Shown: positions 7,481 to 14,884 of the stretch, one piece after another
Position numbering within the stretch: position 1 is the first letter of the stretch
Layout of the letters: each line of letters starts with the position of its first letter
From: Terriglobales bacterium
Lineage (GTDB): Bacteria > Acidobacteriota > Terriglobia > Terriglobales > Acidobacteriaceae
Length of the DNA: 34,799 bases
NCBI GenBank assembly: GCA_035763305.1
Contig: DASUBK010000471.1
Location: 1-34,799 of the forward strand
Direction: 5' to 3'
Notes under the pieces: generated by a model
The model's input: the letters and a program-made list of their open reading frames with translations, nothing else
Database searches by the model: none
What the model was told of the DNA's origin: nothing
Made by a program: the position numbers and the translations under genes

Positions 7481-8347
7481 CTACTTGTTTCTCTGCTGTA
7501 TGGCGTCCCGGGTCATCGCCGCCTGCTGGCGCACGCGGTCGGGCAGGTCGTCGGACGGCCGCAGGTACTGCGAGACGGTCTCCAGGTCGGCGCGGGTTCC
7601 GATTATGTACAGGCCGCGCAGCGCCTCCCAAACCTGGTCCTCGCCGGGTGCGACGGTGGCCAGCGGCTTGCCCGCGACGACGCTGTCGTTGACCTTGACC
7701 AGCATCTCATGCACGCGGCCGGTGAGCGGCGAGCGCAACTCGACCTCCTGCCCGTTGACCTCCATGCGCAGCACCACGCCGCCCTTGCGAATGGCGGTTC
7801 CGGGGCGCGCCTCGTCCACGACTTTGCCCGCCTGCGGTGCGGTCATGGTCGCCAACTGCAGCATCTGGACGATCTCGTCGTGGCCGCTGTGGTCGCCGAA
7901 ACGCACCAGCGCCAGCGCGGCATTGCCCCGCACCAGGGCCGAGGAGTCGTGCAGCATCTGCAGCAGCGCCTGGTGAAATTCCGGGCGGGAGGAGTCCTGG
8001 CCCATGACCCAGGCGTCGGTATTGCGGATCTCCTCTACCGGGTAGCTCGACAGGCGCACCAGGTCGGGATACCACTGGGCCACGCCGGCGTCGTGCCTGG
8101 AGATGCGCTCGTTCACCTGCACCAGCGCGTACTGGATGTTGCGCGGCTTGGCATCGTCGTGCAGGTACCGGTTGAGGTCGGCATCGTTCAGCGGGCGGCC
8201 GAACCAGGTACTGCGCCAGAACAGAAACGGCAGCAGCACGATGGCCCAGGCGACCACGAAAAAGGTGATGCGGTTGCGCAGCGACATGCGCGCGCGCGCG
8301 CGGTGCTCGGTCAGTTCCGTATTTCGGGTTTCAGAGACGTTGTTCAT
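7481..8347 (-). CDS. Membrane-anchored protein with a HEAT-like repeat region and a C-terminal lipoyl/barrel-sandwich-like domain
   Basis: 288 aa. TM helix ITFFVVAWAIVLLPFLFW. LHDSSALVRGNAALALVRFGDHSG is HEAT-like. GVVLRMEVNGQEVELRSPLTGRVHEMLVKVNDSVVAGKPLATVAP resembles a biotinyl/lipoyl-type hybrid barrel but lacks the MKM motif. Confidence 0.55.
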   Translation of the reverse strand: MNNVSETRNTELTEHRARARMSLRNRITFFVVAWAIVLLPFLFWRSTWFGRPLNDADLNRYLHDDAKPRNIQYALVQVNERISRHDAGVAQWYPDLVRLSSYPVEEIRNTDAWVMGQDSSRPEFHQALLQMLHDSSALVRGNAALALVRFGDHSGHDEIVQMLQLATMTAPQAGKVVDEARPGTAIRKGGVVLRMEVNGQEVELRSPLTGRVHEMLVKVNDSVVAGKPLATVAPGEDQVWEALRGLYIIGTRADLETVSQYLRPSDDLPDRVRQQAAMTRDAIQQRNK

Positions 8348-8350
8348 GGA

Positions 8351-8422
8351 ATTGGGTGATTTGGTGATTGGGTGATTGTGTTAATGCGAACCAATCGCCA
8401 AATCACTAAATCGCCAAATCAT
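8351..8422. repeat. GGTGATTK octamer repeats and their inverse (hairpin)
   Basis: Arm 8358-8378 (gatttggtgattgggtgattg) pairs with arm 8392-8412 (caatcgccaaatcactaaatc) at 18 of 21 positions, with a 13-nt loop. It lies between two co-directional genes. Confidence 0.75.
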
Positions 8423-8688
8423 TCCTCGATATCGGCGTCCAGCACCCCTTCCTGCTCCAGGTAGTGCGACATGGCGTACTGGGCGAGCAGGCTGTTGGCC
8501 AGCAGGACCTCGGCGCCGCGCCACTCGCCGGAGGGATGCATGGATCCGGGCGGATGCTGGCAGGGCCCGCTGGAGCCGAATTCCGCTCCGAAGAAAGCCG
8601 CCTGCACCTGGTCGAAGTGCTTCAGGCGGCGCCAGGCTTCATCCCCGACGGTGCCGGACAAATCGATTTTCAACTTCAGCACGGGCAT
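8419..8688 (-). CDS. Hypothetical protein
   Basis: 89 aa with strong GC3 bias. It starts 16 nt downstream of the DUF420 gene stop. No obvious SD and no recognised domain. Confidence 0.4.
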   Translation of the reverse strand: MPVLKLKIDLSGTVGDEAWRRLKHFDQVQAAFFGAEFGSSGPCQHPPGSMHPSGEWRGAEVLLANSLLAQYAMSHYLEQEGVLDADIEE

Positions 8689-8704
8689 AAGAAGCGATCA
8701 GCTC

Positions 8705-9250
8705 TCAGCTTTCCACCTTTACGATCTGGTGATCTGGCGATCTGGTGATGTGGCGATCCGCACGGGGCCGCATGACCAGCAAGGCCGCGATGGTAATGAC
8801 CACCGCCGCCGTGCCTGCGACAGCGGTGAGCGGCGTCAGGCGATAGAGCAAGAGATAGATAACCACGCCGGTCACCGAAACGTACAGCCATGCCGGATAC
8901 GTCCAGCGGGCGATGGCGCGATGGCGGTCGAAGCGGCCGCGCAGCGCTCGCGACAGAGTCACGATAACCAGCGGCACGATCGCCGCCGCCAGGATGGTAT
9001 GGGTCAGCAACACGGAGAAGTACACCGGCCGGATCCAGCCATGGGCGAGAAAGCGCGTGGTGCCGACATGCGCGTGGTAGTACAGGTACGAGCACAGGAA
9101 CAAACTCGAAGTCACGACGGCGGCGATCATGCAGGCGCGATGGGCGCCTTGCCGGCCGCGGCGAATCAGCGCCACTCCCATCGTGATCAACGCGGCGCTG
9201 GCGCCGTTCAGGGTCGCGTCAATGGCCGGAAAGATCGAGTAGTCCTGCAT
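8705..9250 (-). CDS. DUF420 family membrane protein (CtaM-like)
   Basis: 181 aa. FPAIDATLNGASAALITMGVALIRRGRQGAHRACMIAAVVTSSLFLCSYLYYH matches the DUF420 pattern. The last ~12 codons are encoded by the octamer repeat at 8723-8758. Confidence 0.75.
   Translation of the reverse strand: MQDYSIFPAIDATLNGASAALITMGVALIRRGRQGAHRACMIAAVVTSSLFLCSYLYYHAHVGTTRFLAHGWIRPVYFSVLLTHTILAAAIVPLVIVTLSRALRGRFDRHRAIARWTYPAWLYVSVTGVVIYLLLYRLTPLTAVAGTAAVVITIAALLVMRPRADRHITRSPDHQIVKVES
8723..8758. repeat. Tandem GATSTGGY octamers (4.5 copies) inside the 3' end of the DUF420 ORF
   Basis: gatctggt gatctggc gatctggt gatgtggc gatc. No nearby inverted partner. Confidence 0.8.
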
Positions 9251-9254
9251 GCAA

Positions 9255-9350
9255 GTGGGTGATTGGGTGATTTGGCGACTGGGTGATCGACTTGGCTATT
9301 CTGCGCTCGGGCCAATCACCAAATCACCCAATCGCCAAATCACCCAATTC
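9255..9350. repeat. GATTKGGY octamer repeats and their inverse; 25-bp stem hairpin
   Basis: Arm 9263-9287 (ttgggtgatttggcgactgggtgat) is complementary to arm 9323-9347 at 24 of 25 positions, with a 35-nt loop. It lies between the ABC-2 permease stop and the DUF420 start. Confidence 0.85.
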
Positions 9351-9352
9351 TG

Positions 9353-10171
9353 TTACGCCGCGGGCTTGGTCGTCCGCCGGTTGGCCAGCAAAAAAGCGAT
9401 CCCGAACATCAGCACGGAAAACGCCGCCAGCACAATGATCGAAGGCAGGACGGCGAAGGCCTCCGTGCCGGGGAAGAGCAGGCCGCGCAGTGCCTCGGTC
9501 CCGTAGGTCAGCGGGTTCAGGCGCATGAGCAGGCGCATCCATCCCGAGGCGCCGCTCAGCGGGAACAGCGCGCCGGAGAGCAGCCACAGCGGGATCAGGA
9601 ACATGTTGATCACGGCGTGGAAGCCCTGGCTCGAGTCCATGGGCCAGGCGATGGCGAATCCCAGCGCAGTCAGCGCGAAGGAGCAGAGAAACACCGTCAG
9701 CACGATTAATCCGAATTGCGCCAAGCCGAAGTGCACGCCCAGGGCCGGGGCGAAGGCCAGGAACACCAGTCCCTGGATCGCCGAGAGCGTGGTGCCGCCC
9801 AGCACCTTGCCCATCACGATCACCGAGCGATGCACCGGCGCCACCAGCACCGAAAGCAGGAAGCCTTCCTTGCGGTCCTCGATCACCGACATCATGGTGA
9901 AGATGGAGGTGAAGAGGACGATCATGGTCAGCGCGCCGGGGAAGAAGTAATCGAGATAGTGCTGGCTGCCCGCGGCGCCGCTGCGAAAGGAACTGCCGAA
10001 GCCGGAGCCGATCACGATCCAGAACAGCACCGGGGAGGCGATCACGCCCACCACCCGGCTGCGCTGGCGGTAGAAGCGAACGATCTCGCGCCACCACAGG
10101 GAGACCGCGGGGATGACCGCTCCGCCGGAAGCAGCTTGCGGATGCGCCAAGGTTTGTGTTTGTGTTGCCAC
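9353..10171 (-). CDS. ABC-2 type transporter permease
   Basis: 272 aa with 6 hydrophobic helices. WWREIVRFYRQRSRVVGVIASPVLFWIVIG is typical of the ABC-2 family. GTG start lies 6 nt after the ATPase stop, with AGGAAAGG upstream. Confidence 0.8.
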   Translation of the reverse strand: MATQTQTLAHPQAASGGAVIPAVSLWWREIVRFYRQRSRVVGVIASPVLFWIVIGSGFGSSFRSGAAGSQHYLDYFFPGALTMIVLFTSIFTMMSVIEDRKEGFLLSVLVAPVHRSVIVMGKVLGGTTLSAIQGLVFLAFAPALGVHFGLAQFGLIVLTVFLCSFALTALGFAIAWPMDSSQGFHAVINMFLIPLWLLSGALFPLSGASGWMRLLMRLNPLTYGTEALRGLLFPGTEAFAVLPSIIVLAAFSVLMFGIAFLLANRRTTKPAA

Positions 10172-10177
10172 GGAAAT

Positions 10178-11188
10178 CTAAACCTTTCCTTTAGCTTCGT
10201 CGGATCCCGGGGTTGCGGTCCAGAAGCGGTGGCCGGTGCGGTGGATGAAGACGTCTTCCAGCGTCGGCTTGCTCACCGACACCGACTGAATCTCGCCCGG
10301 GAAGGCTTCGACCACCTCGGTCACGAAACGATGTCCCTGCTCGCGCTCCAGGCGCACCTTGCCGTCGAGCACCGCGGGCGTGACGGCAAATCGCTTCTCG
10401 ATCTTTTCCGCCAGGCCGGAGGGATCGTCCGACTCCAGCAGCAGCACGTCGCCGCCGATCTCCGATTTCAATTCCGCCGGCGTGCCCAGCGCGACCACCT
10501 TGCCCTGACTGAGGATGACCAGTCGGTCGCAACGCTCGGCTTCTTCCATGAGATGGGTGGTGACCAGCACCGTGACCTGCTCCTCGTCGCGGAGGATGTG
10601 CAGGTACTGCCAGAGATCGCGGCGCGCGCCGGGATCGAGGCCAGTGGTGGGTTCGTCGAGCAGCAGAACCGAGGGCCGGTGCATCAGGCCCTTGGCGAGT
10701 TCGAGGCGGCGCTGCATGCCGCCGGAAAACGTCTCGGCACGGTCCTTGGCTCGGTCTGCCAGTCCCACGCGGGACAGCATCTCCTCGACGCGGCGCTTCA
10801 GCGCGGCTCCGCTCAGACCGTAGAGGTGGCCGACGTGGCGCAGGTTCTCCTCGGCGGAGAGCTTTACGTCAATGCTGGGCGCCTGGAAGACCACGCCGAT
10901 CTGGCGGCGCAGGCCGGTGGGGTCCTTGGCGGCATCGCAGCCGTTGAGTACCGCGCGTCCACCCGAGGGCAACATCAGGGTGGAGAGGATGCGGAACATG
11001 GTGGTCTTGCCGCTGCCGTTAGGGCCGAGCAGACCGAAGATCTCGGCGCGGCGCACCTCGAAGCTGACGCCGTCCAGCGCCGGGCGGCCGTCATAGAGAT
11101 GGCGCAGTTCCTGCACCTGGATCACGGCAGGTTGCGTGGCGGAGCGCGATTCCACTGTCGGGGATGTGCTGAGAACGGACGATTTCAC
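10178..11188 (-). CDS. ABC transporter ATP-binding protein
   Basis: Walker A GPNGSGKTT, signature FSGGMQRRLE, Walker B LLLDEPTTGLD. GTG start. Confidence 0.9.
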   Translation of the reverse strand: MKSSVLSTSPTVESRSATQPAVIQVQELRHLYDGRPALDGVSFEVRRAEIFGLLGPNGSGKTTMFRILSTLMLPSGGRAVLNGCDAAKDPTGLRRQIGVVFQAPSIDVKLSAEENLRHVGHLYGLSGAALKRRVEEMLSRVGLADRAKDRAETFSGGMQRRLELAKGLMHRPSVLLLDEPTTGLDPGARRDLWQYLHILRDEEQVTVLVTTHLMEEAERCDRLVILSQGKVVALGTPAELKSEIGGDVLLLESDDPSGLAEKIEKRFAVTPAVLDGKVRLEREQGHRFVTEVVEAFPGEIQSVSVSKPTLEDVFIHRTGHRFWTATPGSDEAKGKV

Positions 11189-11226
11189 GGGTGCTTACAT
11201 TGTACGACAAGAGCCGGCAGGACCGC

Positions 11227-11634
11227 TCAGGGCTGCGCTGGGAAACGGCGCTTTCCCATCGCCTGCACAAAACTCAAAACAGCGATTACGCCAATCGTCG
11301 CCTGCGACGCCACGCAGTAGAGGCAGTAGACGCGCAGCACGCTGGCTTCAATGGCGGTCAACTCGAGCGAGATCCCCAGGGCGGTGGCGGCAACCAGCAG
11401 CAGCAGGGGCGCGGGGCCGGTCCAGGCAACAATGGCAATGAGCGCGTAGCCCGCCATGCCGATGGCGGCGGTGGGAATGCCCTTTACGGCGGAGTAGGAG
11501 CTGTGGTTCACCGTGCCGCAGTCCCAGCGCGCGTTAATGTCGCAGGGCGAGGTGTTCATGTTGTAGTGCTCGTAGAGCGCGGCGCTGGACAGGGCGATGC
11601 CGATCGCCGCCAGGAGGGTGATAGCCAGCTTCAT
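11227..11634 (-). CDS. Vitamin K epoxide reductase (VKOR) family protein
   Basis: 135 aa from ATG 11634 with 4 TM helices. Loop cysteine pair C-x7-C (CDINARWDC) is followed by SSYSAVKGIPTAAIGMAGY, with a CLYC redox motif in the last helix. Confidence 0.75.
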   Translation of the reverse strand: MKLAITLLAAIGIALSSAALYEHYNMNTSPCDINARWDCGTVNHSSYSAVKGIPTAAIGMAGYALIAIVAWTGPAPLLLLVAATALGISLELTAIEASVLRVYCLYCVASQATIGVIAVLSFVQAMGKRRFPAQP

Positions 11635-11803
11635 AGGCCCAGAGATACACCCGTCCTGCACTCGCGGGATGTGACTCAGCGCACAGAAGACGGCGAGGGC
11701 CTACGTGAGGGGGCCCCAAGCGGAAACGCCGAGGACCTGGCGCTGCTGCGTCAGATGCTCGGCGTTTGGCCGCCTCCCAAAGGGAGGCTTGACGCGGTAG
11801 CCG

Positions 11804-12415
11804 CTATTTCGTGGACGGCCGCTTCTTCAGGGTCCCGCTGGAAGGCGCGTAAGCGCTCTGCAACGACAGTTCCTGGGCCGTCTTGTAGGTAAGCTGCGTC
11901 TCGGCAGGGATGCCTTTCTTTTTGCCGGTCAGCACCTGCGCTCCGGCGCCGGCGCCGCCGCCCAGCACCGCGCCGATGGCCGCGCCCTTGCCGCCGCCCA
12001 GCAGCGCGCCCAGCACCGCGCCCACCGCCGCGCCGCCGCCGACGTACTTGGCCGTTCGCTTGTTGGCGCCCAGCGTGCCGGTGCCCTCGCTCTTACCGCC
12101 GCTGGCCACGAGGTTGTAGCGCTTGCTGCCGACGGTCACGGAGCGCAGGTCAAGGATGGTGTCCTTGCCGTCGGAGGACTTGGTCGCCACCAACCGGGCG
12201 CGGCTGCCCTTCGGAATGGCGACACCGCCCGAGGTGTTGGGCACATCATCGCTGACCGAAGCGCTGTAGGCTGCGCCCGCCGGCGGCGCCGCAGGAATCG
12301 CCGTATCGGTGCGCACCTTGATTTCCGCTCCCGAGGGAACGGTGCTGGTCTGTGCCGTGGCCCAGGGAATCATGCAGGCCAGAAGCAGTGCAAGGAATCC
12401 CAAACGTGTTTTCAT
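11804..12415 (-). CDS. Secreted or lipoprotein-like protein with a C-terminal glycine-zipper segment
   Basis: ATG 12415 is preceded by GGGAGG. Signal peptide MKTRLGFLALLLACMIPWATAQ. Glycine zipper GGGAAVGAVLGALLGGGKGAAIGAVLGGGAGAGA. Confidence 0.6.
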   Translation of the reverse strand: MKTRLGFLALLLACMIPWATAQTSTVPSGAEIKVRTDTAIPAAPPAGAAYSASVSDDVPNTSGGVAIPKGSRARLVATKSSDGKDTILDLRSVTVGSKRYNLVASGGKSEGTGTLGANKRTAKYVGGGAAVGAVLGALLGGGKGAAIGAVLGGGAGAGAQVLTGKKKGIPAETQLTYKTAQELSLQSAYAPSSGTLKKRPSTK

Positions 12416-12430
12416 CGTTCCTCCCATTGG

Positions 12431-12658
12431 TTACGCCACCCGTCGCCTGGGCTGGTCCTCTTCGCCTGCATCGTAGGCGGTGTCCTCGTAGGAGCCGCCC
12501 AGGGTCGACATCTTGGTCACCTGGCAGTGGTCCACCCGCACCCGGCCCGGCTCCATCATGGAAACGCGCGCCCAGGGAGCGATCACGATTCCCTTATCGC
12601 AGATCCGGTCGAGCAGATCGGTCTGGCTCTCGTCGGAATTAAAGGCTCGATGAGACAT
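12431..12658 (-). CDS. GvpA/GvpJ-family (gas vesicle protein)-like small protein, orphan
   Basis: 75 aa, with GGGAG 9 nt upstream of ATG 12658. DLLDRICDKGIVIAPWARVS matches the conserved GvpA core (LDRvLDKGvVvd.WaRVSl). The second half diverges from GvpA. Confidence 0.6.
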   Translation of the reverse strand: MSHRAFNSDESQTDLLDRICDKGIVIAPWARVSMMEPGRVRVDHCQVTKMSTLGGSYEDTAYDAGEEDQPRRRVA

Positions 12659-12788
12659 GAATCCAGCTCCCAAACACGCATCCGCAGTACCGCTTCAGCA
12701 TCGCAGACAGACTTCGGGTACGTGCCAGAGGATTATTGACTTAGAAGACAACGGACGCGGGAGGGATGCTCGACTGAGAGCCAAGACT

Positions 12789-13727
12789 TTAGCGGCGGTT
12801 CAACATCATGACCGCATACAGCAGCGGCAGGTAGAACACCGTCGCCTGCAGCAGTTGGCGGGCGGGCTTCTTGGAGTGCGGTGAAGAAGGCAGGTGCTTG
12901 CAGGTAGCCAGACGCAAGCCGGCCCAGAGGAAGCCGGCGCCGAGAACGGCAGCGGAAACAAAGTAGATCCAGCCCGACATTCCCAGCCAGGTCGGCGCCA
13001 GGCTGGCGGGCAGCAGGGCGATCGAGTAGGCGACAATCTCGCGCGAGGTGGCCTTGCCCGTCGCTTCGACCACCGGCAGCATGCGAATGTTTGCCTTCTC
13101 GTAATCCTCGCGGTAGAGCCAGGCAATCGAGTAGAAGTGGGGGAACTGCCAGAAGAAGACGATGGCGAAGAGCACCAGGCCTTCGACCTCGATGCGGCCG
13201 CGAATTGCGGTCCAGCCCAGCAGCGGCGGCATGGCCCCGGGGAAGGCGCCGATGAAGGTGCAAACCGGCGAGACGCGCTTCAACGGCGTGTAAGCGGCGA
13301 GGTAAACGATGGCCGTCGCCAGGCTAAGGCAGCCGGTGAACAGATTACAGAATATGCCCAGGTACAACGCTCCGCCCAGCACGAGCATGGTGGATACGGT
13401 CAGGGCGTGTGCCAGGCCCATGCGGCGCGAGGGAAGGGGGCGATTGGCGGTGCGGCGCATGCGGCCGTCCACGTCGCGCTCCATGACTTCGTTCAGAGCT
13501 GCCGAACCGGAGGAGATCAGGGCGATGCCGATCAGGGCGTGCAGCACTGGCCAGGAAAGCGCGCCGACGCCCTGTTTGGGCGCGGCGAAATAGGCGCCCG
13601 CCCAGGCGGAAAGCACGATCAGGCTGGTCACGCGCAACTTGATGAGTTCGGAATAGTCGCGCGCGCGGACGGCGGCGGTGAGGTGAACGGCCTGTTCGGA
13701 GGGGAAGCCCGGCGCGGGAGTGCTCAT
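12789..13727 (-). CDS. ctaB: Protohaem IX farnesyltransferase (haem O synthase)
   Basis: 312 aa polytopic UbiA-family protein. ALNEVMERDVDGRMRRTANRPLPSRR is the aspartate-rich prenyltransferase motif, and the protein has overall CyoE/CtaB-like organisation. Confidence 0.9.
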   Translation of the reverse strand: MSTPAPGFPSEQAVHLTAAVRARDYSELIKLRVTSLIVLSAWAGAYFAAPKQGVGALSWPVLHALIGIALISSGSAALNEVMERDVDGRMRRTANRPLPSRRMGLAHALTVSTMLVLGGALYLGIFCNLFTGCLSLATAIVYLAAYTPLKRVSPVCTFIGAFPGAMPPLLGWTAIRGRIEVEGLVLFAIVFFWQFPHFYSIAWLYREDYEKANIRMLPVVEATGKATSREIVAYSIALLPASLAPTWLGMSGWIYFVSAAVLGAGFLWAGLRLATCKHLPSSPHSKKPARQLLQATVFYLPLLYAVMMLNRR

Positions 13728-13788
13728 GCGATTCCGGTCCTAAGATGCCGGGGAGCCGGCGTCCGACTCAAAATGACCGAAATTGGCG

Positions 13789-14694
13789 TCATGCGGTGAC
13801 CGCCTTGGCGTCGCGCGCCGCAACCCGCTCGGCGGTGGGAATGGCGATGTGCCGCCACGATTGAATCGCCAACACCACGGTCGTTGCCAGCAACAGCGCG
13901 CCCACCGCAACGTGCGAGACCGTGCTCAGCACCATGGGCATCTCCGGCTGAGGAGCGTCGCGGCCCCACTCGACGCGGGTCAGCCAGGAGGCAAAGCCCA
14001 AAACGAGCTGCACCATCAACAGCGACAGCAGGCTCAGCGCCAGACGGCGCAACTGCTCCACCTTTCCGTACTCGGTGAGAGTGCGCACCACCGTCCACAG
14101 GATCAGGAAGGTCACCACCGCGGCGCTGATCAGGTGCGGCAAAAGCTTGATGCCGTGATGGCGGAAGGCCGCGCCGAGAATCAACTGCACGTACACCGAC
14201 ATTGCGGCGGCGGTAGCCAGCTTAGGCAGCGCCGGACGCTGTTCCGCCAGGTGCTTGCGCGGCTCGACCTCGGTCCACGTTCGGCCGGTGAACAGAGCCA
14301 TTGCGACGACGATACAGAAGAAGGTCTGCGCCAGAGTCGCATGGGCGGTGGAGACCGCCGGCGGAAGATAGAAGAGGACGGTGATTCCACCCAGGACTCC
14401 CTGGGCGATGACCGTGCCCAGGGCCGTCCAGCCGAGCTTGCGTACCCAGGCGCGGCGGTCCACCCGTTGGGTCCAGACGGCGAGGATGATGGTCAGTAAG
14501 CCGACCAGTTGCGCCAGTATGCGATGGGTGTGTTCGTAGCGCACGCCGCCGACCAGCGCCACCTTGAAGTAGCCATAGGTGATGGGCCAGTGGTGGAAGG
14601 AGGTCGGCCAGTCAGGAACGGAGAGGCCGGCGTCGTTGCTGGTGACCAGCGCGCCGAGAATCAGCAGGAGGAAGGTGCAGAAGGCCGTAATCAC
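13789..14694 (-). CDS. ctaA: COX15/CtaA family haem A synthase
   Basis: TFLLLILGALVTSNDAGLSVPDWPTSF and the HR motifs (EHTHRILA, FRHHG) are typical of CtaA, with 8 TM helices. GTG 14694 is the only canonical start; the upstream in-frame codons still look CtaA-like (see findings). Confidence 0.85.
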   Translation of the reverse strand: MITAFCTFLLLILGALVTSNDAGLSVPDWPTSFHHWPITYGYFKVALVGGVRYEHTHRILAQLVGLLTIILAVWTQRVDRRAWVRKLGWTALGTVIAQGVLGGITVLFYLPPAVSTAHATLAQTFFCIVVAMALFTGRTWTEVEPRKHLAEQRPALPKLATAAAMSVYVQLILGAAFRHHGIKLLPHLISAAVVTFLILWTVVRTLTEYGKVEQLRRLALSLLSLLMVQLVLGFASWLTRVEWGRDAPQPEMPMVLSTVSHVAVGALLLATTVVLAIQSWRHIAIPTAERVAARDAKAVTA

Positions 14695-14821
14695 CGCGAA
14701 CCGGTGATGGGCCCGGTTGAATGGCGTCGACAGCGAAGACAGAACGTACTCCCTGGGTAGATTCGCCGCGGTTCACCCCGAACCGACGGTGCGAAGCTGA
14801 AATCTTAGCAGTTTCGCGTTC

Positions 14822-14883
14822 CCTTGGTGTCTTCGTGTGCCGGAAAAACCGTTCCCACGAAGGACACCAAGGGTCACGAAGGA
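14822..14883. repeat. CACGAAGG-word inverted repeat (hairpin between the cupredoxin gene and ctaA)
   Basis: ccttggtgtcttcgtg (14822-14837) pairs with cacgaaggacaccaagg (14856-14872), complementary except for a 1-nt bulge. An extra tandem tcacgaagga sits at 14874-14883. Confidence 0.8.
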
Positions 14884-14884
14884 C

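Noticed and set aside
8351-9350. Short regularly spaced repeats considered as a possible CRISPR array
   Set aside because: The repeat unit is only 7-8 nt, there are no unique spacers, the arms are inverted copies of each other, and no cas genes are present. This is not a CRISPR array.
9716-11320. 534-aa + strand ORF
   Set aside because: It is antisense to the ABC ATPase (Walker A/B, signature motif) and the ABC-2 permease. High-GC shadow frame.
11772-11788. Hairpin GCCTCCC-AAA-GGGAGGC downstream of the glycine-zipper gene as a terminator
   Set aside because: The 7-bp stem is real, but no U-tract follows it on the coding (-) strand. Terminator function is not supported from sequence alone.
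11227-12673. Gas vesicle gene cluster around the GvpA-like ORF
   Set aside because: The neighbouring genes are VKOR, a glycine-zipper protein and ctaB. No gvpN/F/G/K/L-like sequences are visible, so only an orphan GvpA-like gene is reported.
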